Below are positions 1 through 11,603 of a DNA stretch of 64,000 nt, piece after piece; position 1 is the stretch's first letter; every line of letters begins with the position of its first letter. This stretch comes from Candidatus Marinacidobacterales bacterium. GTDB lineage: Bacteria; Acidobacteriota; Vicinamibacteria; Marinacidobacterales; SMYC01. The notes under the pieces are model-generated. The model had not been told where the DNA came from. It worked only from the letters and a program-made list of their open reading frames with translations, and made no database searches. The position numbers were made by a program, and so were the translations under genes. The stretch is taken from positions 3,616,001 through 3,680,000 of the forward strand of contig OZ250169.1 in the NCBI GenBank assembly GCA_965237955.1, in the 5' to 3' direction.

Positions 1-1
1 T

Positions 2-3000
2 GTTTCAATCCACTCCCCCCGCCGAAGCGAGGGGAGACGAATTGGTGTTTGAGCGAGGGGCCGGCCTGCTGGACGTTTCAATCCACTCCCCCCGCCGAAG
101 CGAGGGGAGACATGGCTGGCGGGCGACGACGTGGCGCTCACCGTTCAAGTTTCAATCCACTCCCCCCGCCGAAGCGAGGGGAGACGGACATGCTGGTCTG
201 GCACGCCCCCTCGCTCGTGATGTTTCAATCCACTCCCCCCGCCGAAGCGAGGGGAGACAGGACCTTCATCTTGCCCCCGGTCTTGTCCTCCAAGTTTCAA
301 TCCACTCCCCCCGCCGAAGCGAGGGGAGACGGGCCGTGAGGGCAGAGGAGTCGAACGGCTAAACGTTTCAATCCACTCCCCCCGCCGAAGCGAGGGGAGA
401 CTTTTCCATTTCCGCTCCTCCCTTGTGGCCCTCGGCTTTGTTTCAATCCACTCCCCCCGCCGAAGCGAGGGGAGACGCCTCGACGAAGAGCTTTAAGGGG
501 GCGATGATGAAGTTTCAATCCACTCCCCCCGCCGAAGCGAGGGGAGACCGCCGCGCTTTCCGAGTATATCCGCGAGCCCCTGATAGTTTCAATCCACTCC
601 CCCCGCCGAAGCGAGGGGAGACCCGCAGTCAGGATGAGAGACTACTACGCCCACTTTGGCGTTTCAATCCACTCCCCCCGCCGAAGCGAGGGGAGACCGC
701 ACACTTGAACCTTGCGGCATGTCCTCCAAGTCTTGCGTGTTTCAATCCACTCCCCCCGCCGAAGCGAGGGGAGACGGTTTGACCACGTCTATGTTCCCAG
801 GGCAGAAGAAGTTTCAATCCACTCCCCCCGCCGAAGCGAGGGGAGACCATGCGGGATGACATCTCAAGGGAAGCTTCGTTCGTGTTTCAATCCACTCCCA
901 CCGCCGAAGCGAGGGGAGACTATCCGGGCGGTCGCGGATCCGGTCTACCAGTTGGCGCTCGGTTTCAATCCACTCCCCCCGCCGAAGCGAGGGGAGACGA
1001 CAGCCCACCGCGTCACCGATGTTCTTGTCACGGTAGTTTCAATCCACTCCCCCCGCCGAAGCGAGGGGAGACGTCCACCAGGACGAGCCTGAGAGGATTC
1101 ATGGTCGTGGTTTCAATCCACTCCCCCCTCCGAAGCGAGGGGAGACGATGTCCGTGTTTGACCTCTCGCTATGGAAGTCCTGTTTCAATCCACTCCCCCC
1201 GCCGAAGCGAGGGGAGACCACCGCGTCCGTCAGTGTGTTCCAGGCGGCATCACGCGTGTTTCAATCCACTCCCCCCGCCGAAGCGAGGGGAGACTGCTTC
1301 TCAGGTGGAGGCGGAGCTACTGACCGAACCAGTTTCAATCCACTCCCCCCGCCGAAGCGAGGGGAGACGACAGAGCATCCCGAGCCGCGTAGCCGAGTCG
1401 ATGTTTCAATCCACTCCCCCCGCCGAAGCGAGGGGAGACATCATCAAACGGGTTATCGCCGCCGTTGTGGATGTTTCAATCCACTCCCCCCGCCGAAGCG
1501 AGGGGAGACTAGAGCTCCAGCCATTAGCCGAACCCTCCTTCTTTGTTTCAATCCACTCCCCCCGCCGAAGCGAGGGGAGACGCGCTAGGCTGCACCCTGT
1601 ACGCGCTGTCATAAAGTTTCAATCCACTCCCCCCGCCGAAGTGAGGGGAGACTCCTGCCGATGCTTCAAGTGCACCATGTGGTGCTGTTTCAATCCACTC
1701 CCCCCGCCGAAGCGAGGGGAGACCTCTGTCCGCTGAGCTACTAGTGGGGGAAATGGGGTTTCAATCCACTCCCCCCGCCGAAGCGAGGGGAGACGACAGG
1801 CCCGCTCGCAATAGTGCGCGGGTGAAGCGGTTTCAATCCACTCCCCCCGCCGAAGCGAGGGGAGACCTTCTTCAAGCAGCACGGCGGGCCGAACAAGAAG
1901 AAGGTTTCAATCCACTCCCCCCGCCGAAGCGAGGGGAGACCTAATAATGAACGGCGGGAGCTGCGGGTGATAACTCATGTTTCAATCCACTCCCCCCGCC
2001 GAAGCGAGGGGAGACGACAGCGCCTGTGGCAGGTGAACGGCTGGCCGGAGGAGTTTCAATCCACTCCCCCCGCCGAAGCGAGGGGAGACAAGTATTGGGA
2101 GGTTGTTGAGTGTTCGGTAAAAAAGTTTCAATCCACTCCCCCCGCCGAAGCGAGGGGAGACCTCGTCGAGATGGCGGCCGCGTTCATTCCCAGCGTGTTT
2201 CAATCCACTCCCCCCGCCGAAGCGAGGGGAGACGATGCGCTCTCCCGTACTCGAGCGCGCCTCGAAGTCGTTTCAATCCACTCCCCCCGCCGAAGCGAGG
2301 GGAGACATCGGAGAGGTTTACAAGGAGCGCGTGACAGCATGTTTCAATCCACTCCCCCCGCCGAAGCGAGGGGAGACATCTTGACTGCCGAGACCACCTT
2401 GTGACAGCGGTATCGGGGTTTCAATCCACTCCCCCCGCCGAAGCGAGGGGAGACCCCGATGTCGCGAAGGAACGGCTCGACCCGTTCGGTGTTTCAATCC
2501 ACTCCCCCCGCCGAAGCGAGGGGAGACACGACGAGGCTATCCGCTCGGGGATGGGGCAGGAGGTTTCAATCCACTCCCCCCGCCGAAGCGAGGGGAGACC
2601 GCATCCCACGCACTCAATCCCATCCCTGTAGCGGTTTCAATCCACTCCCCCCGCCGAAGCGAGGGGAGACGGTCCACTTATGGCTCCCCTGGTAGCTCAA
2701 CAGTAGTTTCAATCCACTCCCCCCGCCGAAGCGAGGGGAGACCGTCACGCCACGTCCGGTACTTGTCCACGTATTCGAGTTTCAATCCACTCCCCCCGCC
2801 GAAGCGAGGGGAGACATGGAGGCAGTAGGTAGCGTTTCGCGTGACCCAAAACGGTTTCAATCCACTCCCCCCGCCGAAGCGAGGGGAGACGTCCCCTAGA
2901 TCCTCGTGGTAGCCGATGACCGGGCAATGGTTTCAATCCACTCCCCCCGCCGAAGCGAGGGGAGACGCCGGTACTACGAGTTCGTCCGAGACGTTACGGT

Positions 3001-3619
3001 AGAGTTTCAATCCACTCCCCCCGCCGAAGCGAGGGGAGACGCTAGGATTTGTGCCTCTCCCCCGGCGGCGTTGATGTTTCAATCCACTCCCCCCGCCGAA
3101 GCGAGGGGAGACTGCGGAATCTGTCGCAAGCCGATCGGCTTGACGGAGTTTCAATCCACTCCCCCCGCCGAAGCGAGGGGAGACCGCGATCTCGACGAGG
3201 TGAGTAGCCGCCATGTAGTCGGGGTTTCAATCCACTCCCCCCGCCGAAGCGAGGGGAGACCAGTACATCTAGCACCACCTGGTCCATCGTGTCTTTGTTT
3301 CAATCCACTCCCCCCGCCGAAGCGAGGGGAGACCGGGCAGTCTAGCAGGTGGTGGCGGTAGCAGCACGGTTTCAATCCACTCCCCCCGCCGAAGCGAGGG
3401 GAGACCAGTATTCCGGGACGTACGTCTTCGTTCCGTCGTGTTTCAATCCACTCCCCCCGCCGAAGCGAGGGGAGACTGTCCAACTCCTGCACGTTGCCGA
3501 ACGGCTGGAAGTTTCAATCCACTCCCCCCGCCGAAGCGAGGGGAGACCTCCCGAACGTCGCCGCCGCCTCCGCATGGACGAAGTTTCAATCCACTCCCCC
3601 CGCCGAAGCGAGGGGAGAC
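2..3619 (-). CRISPR. Type I-C CRISPR array: 50 copies of a 37-bp repeat and 49 spacers of about 33-41 bp; probably continues beyond the left edge
   Basis: Repeat GTTTCAATCCACTCCCCCCGCCGAAGCGAGGGGAGAC on +, counted by eye from 2 to 3583. The minus-strand form ends in ATTGAAAC, as I-C repeats do. Single-base variants in the repeats at 884, 1110 and 1616. Confidence 0.99.
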
Positions 3620-3800
3620 AGCCGACCCCGGAAGGCCGGATTCAACAGTAGTTTAGGGGTCGTTTTTCGCGATACCCGCTTGGCAACTTGCTCCCATAGA
3701 TCGAAGGAGAGCGAGAATACGTTGCTAACCGACTCGCTTTCAACACTTTCAAACGAATCGCGAAGCTCGCGGACTTTCAGTCCCACCTCAGGTTCGCGGC
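3620..3800 (-). promoter_or_regulatory. CRISPR leader
   Basis: Non-coding gap between the cas2 stop and the first repeat in transcription orientation. Confidence 0.75.
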
Positions 3801-4097
3801 TCATACCAAGAGAATTCCTTGCGGGTCCATCGTCGCTTTTATTCCATGATGCTCGATCCGGCGTGACGACTCTTCTCCAAGGTTGTAGAAGCGAAGACTG
3901 TCCTTCTTCTCGTCGATGAGACCCAAGAGCCGGCCCCGAAGTCTCACCCACTGCTCCTCGTTGACGGTGCACTCAAAGACCGAGAATTGGACCCGTTGGC
4001 CGCTATCTAGACAAGCACGGCCGACTTTTCGCAGACGCCTGCGGCCCTCCTTCGTGGTTGTATCCACGTCGTAGCTCACTACCACAACCAATGCCAT
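3801..4097 (-). CDS. cas2: CRISPR-associated endonuclease Cas2
   Basis: VVVSYDV...RRLRKV...GQRVQFSVFEC...DSLRFY motifs; 98 aa; follows cas1. Confidence 0.97.
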   Translation of the reverse strand: MALVVVVSYDVDTTTKEGRRRLRKVGRACLDSGQRVQFSVFECTVNEEQWVRLRGRLLGLIDEKKDSLRFYNLGEESSRRIEHHGIKATMDPQGILLV

Positions 4098-4107
4098 CGT
4101 AGTTCTG

Positions 4108-5148
4108 TCAGCTCATGATGTACGGTGCATACTCGGCCGCATCGCCCCGCAACACACGCGCGAGGATCCGCGCCTGGACATGCGGCAGAACGCCCAGCGC
4201 GACCTTCTCTTCAGTCAAAGGGTGCCGGACGACTTCTTTGCGTCGCTCTTGCCAGTGGACCAGAGCAGTCCTGCGAGCCTCACTCTTCAACCTCAGCGCT
4301 CCCGAGCCATCCCTGTCGAAGTCCTTCGTACCGATCTGCTCCCGATTCAGCAGTGCAAGGACAGCGCGGTCTGTAAAAGGAGCGCGAAACTCCTCCATGA
4401 GATCAAGACCGAGCGAAGGCCGTCCGGGGCGATCTTGGTGGAGAAAGCCGACCGCCGGATCGAGTCCAGTCGCCAGTAACGCCGAGCAGACGTCGTTTAG
4501 CAGGACGGCGTAGAGGAACGACAGGAGAGCGTTGACGGGGTCCATCGGCGGGCGCCGCTGCCGCTTCTCAAAGCTCACACCGTTCGCTCGGTTGCGGAGC
4601 ATCGACGGGAAAGTTTCGAAGTAGACACTCGCTCCGTACCCTTCGAATCCTCGGAGAACATCTATATCTCTCGCCTTCCGTGCGCCCGACAGCGCCTTCG
4701 AAAGCCCATCTGCTCCTCGCCGGAGAGCGCGGGCTGGCTTGGGCGGCGCGTCTCGCGCCGAGCGCATCACCATCTGGCGCTGGTTGGCGAGCTTCCCGAG
4801 CACGACGCCCTGAGCTACCTTGAGTGACTCCTTGGGAGAGTTCGCGGCCGCGTACTGGGCCTTGCGAAGCAGCGATCCACCCTGCCAACGCCCCTCCACT
4901 CGTCCGAGAAACTTCCCGCCCGCTGTCAGGAATGACACCTGGATGCCTCGCTCCGCAAGGACTCCAAGCGCGCCGATACTGGCAATCGTCCCGCCGAACA
5001 GAACAACGCTACCCACGTGGTGAAGAGGCACGCGGACACGCTCCTCCTGCTCGACCTTCACGACGAGATTCTCGTGATCCTTTGCCAGATACGCGCCGGG
5101 GAGCGTCACGAACAGCGTATTGAGTGGCTCACTGAGAATCATGGTCAT
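4108..5148 (-). CDS. cas1: Type I-C Cas1 integrase
   Basis: LNTLFVT...YLAKDHEN, GFEGYGASVYF, RRPPMDPVNALLSFLY, GLDPAVGFLH, LDLMEEFR. Start ATG at 5148 or 5142. Confidence 0.97.
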   Translation of the reverse strand: MTMILSEPLNTLFVTLPGAYLAKDHENLVVKVEQEERVRVPLHHVGSVVLFGGTIASIGALGVLAERGIQVSFLTAGGKFLGRVEGRWQGGSLLRKAQYAAANSPKESLKVAQGVVLGKLANQRQMVMRSARDAPPKPARALRRGADGLSKALSGARKARDIDVLRGFEGYGASVYFETFPSMLRNRANGVSFEKRQRRPPMDPVNALLSFLYAVLLNDVCSALLATGLDPAVGFLHQDRPGRPSLGLDLMEEFRAPFTDRAVLALLNREQIGTKDFDRDGSGALRLKSEARRTALVHWQERRKEVVRHPLTEEKVALGVLPHVQARILARVLRGDAAEYAPYIMS

Positions 5149-5764
5149 CCCATGCGACGGCAAGGTAGTCTGTAATCTTCGTCGGTCGCTCAAAAACAGC
5201 GGGCAGACAGATTTGATTCAGCGAGCATGACTTGCAACGCGCATCGAACTTCGGCGGCGGCAGGACGCCCATCCGGCATATCTCATGGAAGCGGCGGGCA
5301 GCCTTCACTGTAGCCTCGCGGAGATCACCCGTGATTGGAATCGTCAGCCGACGACGCGAGTTGATGTAGTACAACTCGCCCGACTCAATTGCGATAGCGC
5401 GCATTTCCTCAAGCGCCATCGCCTGAGCGCAGAGCTGGATGCAATCGGCTTGCAGACTCTTACGGCGCGCTCGCTTCGACTCGACTGGCTGAACCCTTTT
5501 CTTTCCTGCGATACTGTAAGTCTCGACTCGGTCCGCCCGGCCCACAAGGCCGAGGCGCTCGGATCGCAGCCAGACATCGGTCTCAACTCGAACGCCTTCC
5601 CGCACACGACCGCTGGGAGCCGCGACGGATTGGTGCAGGAGGCGCCCTTCACTTGTGAACACGTTCTCTTCGAAGACTCGGTCGACATGGATCAGCGCCG
5701 CCTGCCGTTCGCAAAACGCGAGGTGCTGGATTCCTGACAGGGGGAGGAAGTCGTCCTCGTGCAC
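5129..5764 (-). CDS. cas4: Cas4 exonuclease
   Basis: LSGIQHLAFCERQAAL, GRADRVE, PVESK, QLCAQAMALEE, and C-terminal CKSCSLNQIC Fe-S cysteines. Confidence 0.96.
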   Translation of the reverse strand: MHEDDFLPLSGIQHLAFCERQAALIHVDRVFEENVFTSEGRLLHQSVAAPSGRVREGVRVETDVWLRSERLGLVGRADRVETYSIAGKKRVQPVESKRARRKSLQADCIQLCAQAMALEEMRAIAIESGELYYINSRRRLTIPITGDLREATVKAARRFHEICRMGVLPPPKFDARCKSCSLNQICLPAVFERPTKITDYLAVAWDDHDSQ

Positions 5765-5770
5765 GATTGT

Positions 5771-6652
5771 CTAGACCATCGGGTTGAGCGTCACTCCCGT
5801 AGGGAGCTTATCTTTATCAACGGTGACTTCGAAGTCAGAAAACTCCCTCGCGGGCTTCGCCGGATCCTTCTGTGTCACTATAATTCGCTCGAACAGAACG
5901 TGCGCGGGAGCCTCTCCTAGGGCTGACGTGTGTTCAAACACGTAGAGGCCCCGCGTCGACATGAGTCCGTGCGCGGCTGAGCGATCGTGTTCGAACATGT
6001 TCTTGACCGCTTCCCAAAAGAGCTTAAGATCTGCGTCTGAGAACTTGGTCTGAGCGGCGAGATGAGCCGAGATGAAACCGTGAGTGCGGTAGAGACCGTA
6101 TGGAATTGTAAATTTGCGGCCCATGGTTCGGTTGTCGCCCTGCTGGTCCTGCGCCTCCTTTTCGGTAGCGACCGCCATCCTGGTGATTGAGTGTTCGAGC
6201 GACACAACGGGCACGACGGAACGACCGAACGTGAGTTGGATCGGACCGCGCACCTGGCCGCAGTTGACCCCGAGACTCATGACAGCGCCGAAGGCTCGAA
6301 TGTCGAAGAAGTTCGTGCACATCCAGTCGCGGGCCTGCGAGATTTCGTCGCCGCTGCCCTTTCTCTTCTTGTCTCCCTTCAGAGCATCTTCGTTTCCGGT
6401 TTCCTTATAAGCGCGTTCGTGGCTGCGGTTCAGGACAGCCTTCTCTTTGATATAGATGTCGTAGCCCTCTTCTTCGCCTTTGGTGAGTTCAACGAAATTT
6501 CTGATCTTTCGCTTGAGACACACGTCGGTCACGAGGCCATGTCCTGTCTCCGCATCGACGCGCGGCAGGTTCCCGGCGTCTGGGTCCCCGTTCGGGTTGC
6601 CGTCTTGAACGTCAAAGAGCAGGACAAAGTCGTATCGCTTTTGGATTGCCAT
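5771..6652 (-). CDS. cas7: Cas7c/Csd2 backbone subunit
   Basis: [54 protein letters not shown]. Confidence 0.97.
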   Translation of the reverse strand: MAIQKRYDFVLLFDVQDGNPNGDPDAGNLPRVDAETGHGLVTDVCLKRKIRNFVELTKGEEEGYDIYIKEKAVLNRSHERAYKETGNEDALKGDKKRKGSGDEISQARDWMCTNFFDIRAFGAVMSLGVNCGQVRGPIQLTFGRSVVPVVSLEHSITRMAVATEKEAQDQQGDNRTMGRKFTIPYGLYRTHGFISAHLAAQTKFSDADLKLFWEAVKNMFEHDRSAAHGLMSTRGLYVFEHTSALGEAPAHVLFERIIVTQKDPAKPAREFSDFEVTVDKDKLPTGVTLNPMV

Positions 6653-7023
6653 TACTTCTCTCCTCCGGTCTTCTCAAAGAACTTCTGTCGTTGATGGTAG
6701 TAGCCGACTGCAAACCGTCCCTGGTCGGCTAAAGACAGATGCGGCGGGAAGGGGTCCTTAGCGTCGAGACCGTTCATAACCTCACCGTTGAGCTTCTCGA
6801 AATACACCATCCGGCCCCGGCTCTCGATCTTCGAGAGATGGTGCATCTTGAGACGGTTAAGAATAGGAAAAGCGACAAGCGGTGATGCCGATGCCGAGCC
6901 GAAATAGCGGTCTCGGATCGTTGCCTTGAGATCGGGGCTCGCCGCTTCCTGGATTTTTTCGAAGATGGCGAATAAGCGGCCGAGACAATAGCCGGTGTTG
7001 GTGTTCTCTGGATCAAGTGCCAC
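6652..7023 (-). CDS. cas11: Cas11c small subunit, translated internally and in frame from cas8c
   Basis: AAGGGAG RBS 6 nt upstream of an in-frame GTG at 7023, giving (M)[18 protein letters not shown]..., 123 aa. Matches the known internal Cas11 start of I-C systems. Confidence 0.75.
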   Translation of the reverse strand: MALDPENTNTGYCLGRLFAIFEKIQEAASPDLKATIRDRYFGSASASPLVAFPILNRLKMHHLSKIESRGRMVYFEKLNGEVMNGLDAKDPFPPHLSLADQGRFAVGYYHQRQKFFEKTGGEK

Positions 7024-8388
7024 TGATATCTCCCTTTCAGATTCGGATCGGGAACGGTTAAGGCTAGCTTTGACGATGGCGGCCCGCAGCGGCCCAACGT
7101 CATGCCGGGCGCGACATCTTCGAACAGCAGATTGGAGGAGCGTCTGAGGGTAGGGCGTACCTGTCAGGATGGCCCTCATCCAGTCGCCCGCAAGATTGGG
7201 CGGAACGTTCTTGGCTTTTTCAAGTACCGCAATCGATCGCAATAGCCAGTAGATCGATGGGAAGTGGGCGGCGCCTGGGGGGCGCACAATGTCCAGATCG
7301 GTGAAGTGCTGGAAGATCCGCGCACCGATCTCCCTGATCGTAGCGACATGCCAGAATCGGATCGAGACCCTCGCGGCATTTGGCGAGAGGCCAAGAACAA
7401 AGAACCGCTGGTCGTCGTCGTCAGTCAGCGGCTTGCCCTGCTTGAAGTCGTAGAGAGCTTTCACCCGCGCGGTGGCATCGTCAGGATCATCTTTCGGTGG
7501 ATCAAACCATCCGGCAAACGCATGTTCCATGGCGGTGCCAGAAGACTTCTCCGACCAAAACACTGTGGTGGCGTCTCCGACTTGTACCTTCTGTTTCGAG
7601 TCTTTGCCCAGCAGATGATTGAGCGCGGTCGTATAGGCGAACGTTGTCCTATGTCCGACGGGCGCATTCGCTCCTTGCTTCTTGCTGAAGGAGCGAAAAG
7701 CGTCGAGGTTGAACGAAACGATGTTTGCGCCAACGGACTGCGCCCCACGCACGCCCTTGATCGCTGGGTGAAGTTCCGCGACCGAATCAGGCTTACCAGA
7801 GACGAGGCAGACTGCATTGGCGAGGGCGGCGGGAGCATCGTCGATAAACGCCCGAACCTTCGGACGCTGGGGAATGAGAACTTGGTCTCCCTTGAGGCGG
7901 AACGAAAGAAAGGGCCCTTTTTCCAGGAACTCCTGCCAATCTCTTTCTTCGCCAATCTGAGAACCATCGTAGGTCTCCAAGAACCTTGAGAGGGCATCGA
8001 GGCCCTCGTCGCAAGCGCGCTCCGCTAGTTCCTCAACTCTCTCGGTAAAGGCTTGATGTCGCGCCACAACCTTTTTACGAGCTTTCTCCTCATTCCCTGG
8101 TGCGTGGGACTTACCTGTTGGCACGCCCAGGGCATACTCAACATTGTCCCATAGAAGATTGGCCTTGATGCCGGAAGACCTTTTAACGGCCGCAGGAATA
8201 AGTTGGACCTTTGCTCGCTTCGTCCTACCTTCTCCCTCGACCGTCGACTCGACTTGGACCGCACTGCCCGAGCTACTAATTACGACGACGTATGGGATCT
8301 CCTTAGTTTCCCATCCTGGCGGTGCGATCGGCGAATCGTCTTGAGTGCTTTTACGGTGGTAATAGTCAGCGAGGGCTTGAAGGATCAT
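6652..8388 (-). CDS. cas8c: Cas8c/Csd1 large subunit
   Basis: [10 protein letters not shown] start (ATGA overlap with cas5), [47 protein letters not shown]. Confidence 0.96.
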   Translation of the reverse strand: MILQALADYYHRKSTQDDSPIAPPGWETKEIPYVVVISSSGSAVQVESTVEGEGRTKRAKVQLIPAAVKRSSGIKANLLWDNVEYALGVPTGKSHAPGNEEKARKKVVARHQAFTERVEELAERACDEGLDALSRFLETYDGSQIGEERDWQEFLEKGPFLSFRLKGDQVLIPQRPKVRAFIDDAPAALANAVCLVSGKPDSVAELHPAIKGVRGAQSVGANIVSFNLDAFRSFSKKQGANAPVGHRTTFAYTTALNHLLGKDSKQKVQVGDATTVFWSEKSSGTAMEHAFAGWFDPPKDDPDDATARVKALYDFKQGKPLTDDDDQRFFVLGLSPNAARVSIRFWHVATIREIGARIFQHFTDLDIVRPPGAAHFPSIYWLLRSIAVLEKAKNVPPNLAGDWMRAILTGTPYPQTLLQSAVRRCRARHDVGPLRAAIVKASLNRSRSESEREISVALDPENTNTGYCLGRLFAIFEKIQEAASPDLKATIRDRYFGSASASPLVAFPILNRLKMHHLSKIESRGRMVYFEKLNGEVMNGLDAKDPFPPHLSLADQGRFAVGYYHQRQKFFEKTGGEK

Positions 8389-9050
8389 CCGACTACCTCT
8401 TTGGAGTTCCAATTCGGGATGTCGACTATTCCGGACTTGAGTTGAGCGCGGAAGAAGCGGGGCTTCGGGTCAGTGGGATCCTCGAAGTCAAGATCGTAAA
8501 GCATGAACCCAAGTTCGCGGGTTTCCTCGATCGCAGCTGCCGCCTTCTCGGGGCTCTCAACGTAGCTGAAAGAAGCCGCAAACTCACGGCAGCCGAGATA
8601 CGGCTGGTTGACGCACTGCCCACGGCCAGCGCGGCGCGTGAACATTTCCGCGAACTTGACCTCATGCTCGTCAGGCTGGGCCCTCGACGTCAAATCAAAG
8701 CTGCCGTGAATGCGGTAAGCCACGTCGCGCAGAAACAACCCGGCTCGTTGTTGGCGTTCCTCTTCAATGAAGATGCCGAGATCGCCCGACCCACGAGTCA
8801 TGGCCTCTTTGGCGTTGATGATCGAGGCCACCGCCCCCACTTCGTTACGACGAAGTGAGATCCAACGAATCGGCTTCAGCACTTCGATTTTGTGAATTTG
8901 CCAACGAATCGCCGGTTTCCAGAGAACGGCTTCGAAGATGGACCGTGCTGCCGAGGGTGTGATCACATCGTAACTCACGCGTTCGACCTTCATCTCTGGT
9001 CGCGTAAAACAGGCAAAGTCGCCTTTCACTTCCAGACAATGCCTCCGCAT
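8385..9050 (-). CDS. cas5: Cas5d (crRNA-processing subunit)
   Basis: GDFACFTRPEMKVERVSYDVITPSAARSIFEAVLWKP; QPYLGCREF. Confidence 0.97.
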   Translation of the reverse strand: MRRHCLEVKGDFACFTRPEMKVERVSYDVITPSAARSIFEAVLWKPAIRWQIHKIEVLKPIRWISLRRNEVGAVASIINAKEAMTRGSGDLGIFIEEERQQRAGLFLRDVAYRIHGSFDLTSRAQPDEHEVKFAEMFTRRAGRGQCVNQPYLGCREFAASFSYVESPEKAAAAIEETRELGFMLYDLDFEDPTDPKPRFFRAQLKSGIVDIPNWNSKEVVG

Positions 9051-9059
9051 GGTGTCCTC

Positions 9060-11324
9060 CTACGAAATGAAGTCTCCAGGCTCATATTCTGGACCCGTCG
9101 TCCTCAATCCAATCTTGTCACTGTATTGACGGTCGTTGGCGACCGCGAAAAGACCGGGTAGGACTTCTCGGATACTGCCATCTCTTGCTAGTGCACTGGC
9201 CTGATGCCGGGGCAAGTTGACGACGAAGCGCTGGAGCCGACGCATTGAGAAGCGGTCGAATCCACTTGTGAGTGTGTCAACAAGCGCCCTGCCCTTATCT
9301 CCCCAAGGGACAGCTACTGAAACGTAGTTCGAATCGTCGACAAGCTTGAAGAGCGACGCGGCTTCGCGAAACTGTAAGTCGATATTCCCATGGGCTCTTC
9401 CATCTGCAGTCAAGAGCCGCACGATTCCCTTGGCATCGAGTGAGTTCAGCTTGCTGTAGTAGAGCTTGAAGAACTTCTCGAATAGCGGTTGGTCCAACAC
9501 AGGGTTCTGGACATCGTAAAGGAGTTCCCGCGTCACGCTCTCGGCCTTGCGCAGTAGGCCCTGGGGCGCTTCGCGGGGCGGGTTGAAGACAACGACACGT
9601 CCCAGCTCCGCCAACCTTCCCTCGCGGTTGCAGCGACCCGCCGCTTGCGCGATTGAATCGAGACCGGCGAAGGCACGGTAGACAACTGGGAAATCGAAGT
9701 CGACTCCTGCCTCAACAAGCTGGGTGCTGACGACGCGCACCCGTGATCCTTGTTTCAACCGCGCCCTGATCAGCCCAATCCGCTGCGCTCGGTGCTCTCC
9801 ACACATGAGAGCCGAAAGGTGAAGTGCCTCTCCTCCCGGATCGTCCATAAGCTCAAACAGGTCCCGCGCATCGTCACGCCGCCCAACCACGCACAAAACC
9901 TGCGGTTGCTCTCTAAGCTCAACGGCAAGGTCCTCCAACGACCGACGCTGAGAACTCTTCGGCCATTCGTAGCGGACGCGTTGTAGGCGTTTAGCCAGCG
10001 CAGGAGGATCCGGAGCCAGCTCTCGAATGCCAGGGACATCCAGCGCAGGCTGAGTGGCCGTCGAGATCACGATGGTGACACCGTAGTCATGCGCCAACGC
10101 CAACGCTGTGCGCTTGATGGGGTCGAGGAACTCTGGGGGCAGAAGCTGCGCCTCATCGAGAATTACCACGGATTTAACGATGTTATGGAGCTTCCGGCAA
10201 CGTGAGGGGCGCGCGGCAAAAAGCGACTCGAAGAACTGGACGTTCGTGGTCACGATGATCGGTGCGTCCCAGTTCTCGGCTGAAAGACGACGCTTCACAC
10301 TGTCGCGAGCAGGGTCGTCAGAGTCAATGTTGCTGTGATGTTCGATGACCGCATCGCCGAAGATTTCTCGGAAGACATCAGCAGTCTGCTCAACGATGCT
10401 TGTGTACGGAATGACATAGATGATTCGTCTCTTTTTCCACTGCTGCGCGTGGTGCAACGCAAAAGCCATAGAAGCCAGAGTCTTTCCCCCGCCCGTCGGA
10501 ACGCTGAGAGAGAACAGCCCGGGCTCAAGACCGGCCCCCCGAACACAGGCACTCCGAACCTCATGCCTGAGACCGTTGATGCCTGTTGTGGAAGCGGGGA
10601 ATTGCCTCGACATATGCGCTTCGAAGCGTGAATTGAGAGCCGCAAGGTCTGGATACGTGGCCATGCGCTGTTCGGCTATTCCCGGATTCATGAACTCTTC
10701 GGTTGCGAGGAAGTCGGCATCCGTCAGGCACGAGAACAACATTCTGATCCACAGGTGGACGTCCGCAGGGTCCTTACTCGGCGGCCTCGATGTTGGTATG
10801 GGCTGTTCGATGATCGTTCGGGAAATTTTTTCCCTGTGCCAGTCAACTAGAACAGCGCGCTTGTCAAGGCGAGCCGCGAGACTGGCCTCTCCGCCGGAGG
10901 CATCGGGTAACCCCGCGTGATGCCCCGCGATTAGGTAACTGAGGATGGTGCCGGGCGGACCCAACGACTCGCGGGACACGATCGCGCCGACAGTTGAGTG
11001 GTCCACGCGTCCCGGTGCGCCTTCCTCACAACCGTCATCGCCCAGCGCGCCCCCGACGTACTCCAGGTAGCGCTGAAAGCTGCCACGGTACTTTCCAAGG
11101 TCGTGCCACAGACCGCCGAGATACGCCCAGTCCGCGGCCCCGAAGGCCGCGCCAAAATCGCGTGCACGAGCCGCGACGTTGCCGAGGTGATCTTCGAGAG
11201 GTTCCCAGTCAGCTTGATCTGGAGAGCCGGGCTTCGTGTGGCCGAAGAAGCGCGCAGGCATAGGGGGCTTCACTCGTGACGCGCTGGGAAACCCTTCGTT
11301 TCCAGATTTCACCATGGCTTGCAC
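9060..11324 (-). CDS. cas3: Cas3 HD nuclease-helicase
   Basis: HDLGK, GHHAGL, LTDAD, PTGGGKT, DEAQ, QAAGRCNREG. Start uncertain (11324, 11315 or about 11261). Confidence 0.97.
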   Translation of the reverse strand: MQAMVKSGNEGFPSASRVKPPMPARFFGHTKPGSPDQADWEPLEDHLGNVAARARDFGAAFGAADWAYLGGLWHDLGKYRGSFQRYLEYVGGALGDDGCEEGAPGRVDHSTVGAIVSRESLGPPGTILSYLIAGHHAGLPDASGGEASLAARLDKRAVLVDWHREKISRTIIEQPIPTSRPPSKDPADVHLWIRMLFSCLTDADFLATEEFMNPGIAEQRMATYPDLAALNSRFEAHMSRQFPASTTGINGLRHEVRSACVRGAGLEPGLFSLSVPTGGGKTLASMAFALHHAQQWKKRRIIYVIPYTSIVEQTADVFREIFGDAVIEHHSNIDSDDPARDSVKRRLSAENWDAPIIVTTNVQFFESLFAARPSRCRKLHNIVKSVVILDEAQLLPPEFLDPIKRTALALAHDYGVTIVISTATQPALDVPGIRELAPDPPALAKRLQRVRYEWPKSSQRRSLEDLAVELREQPQVLCVVGRRDDARDLFELMDDPGGEALHLSALMCGEHRAQRIGLIRARLKQGSRVRVVSTQLVEAGVDFDFPVVYRAFAGLDSIAQAAGRCNREGRLAELGRVVVFNPPREAPQGLLRKAESVTRELLYDVQNPVLDQPLFEKFFKLYYSKLNSLDAKGIVRLLTADGRAHGNIDLQFREAASLFKLVDDSNYVSVAVPWGDKGRALVDTLTSGFDRFSMRRLQRFVVNLPRHQASALARDGSIREVLPGLFAVANDRQYSDKIGLRTTGPEYEPGDFIS

Positions 11325-11603
11325 ACGAGAGTCTTAAAGATATCTTCTTTTTTCGTCGTGCTCAACTCCTTGCGTCGCCTGGCGTCTGTTGCTCACGAAT
11401 CCGGAACTCGCGCTTGCGGCAAGCATCGCCGGCGGCGGCTGGGTCCGGGCACCCTTGTTCTTGGAGTCGCGCGACGAACTAGCGAACGCGGGCGAGAACC
11501 TACATCATGAAGAGCCGCCCGGCACGGGCACGCCGCGTTAGCCCGGCCTCGATTCTGGACCGCTGGGGCGGCCTACTTTTCTGCCGCCGCACCGCGCCAA
11601 CCG

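Noticed and set aside
2162-3223. 11-bp reverse-complement match (ATCTCGACGAG) between two spacers
   Set aside because: Too short in GC-rich DNA to indicate overlapping protospacers.
42-3972. Many ORFs with repeated FQSTPPAEARGD, VSIHSPRRSEGR or FNPLPPPKRGET
   Set aside because: Translations of CRISPR repeats, not proteins.
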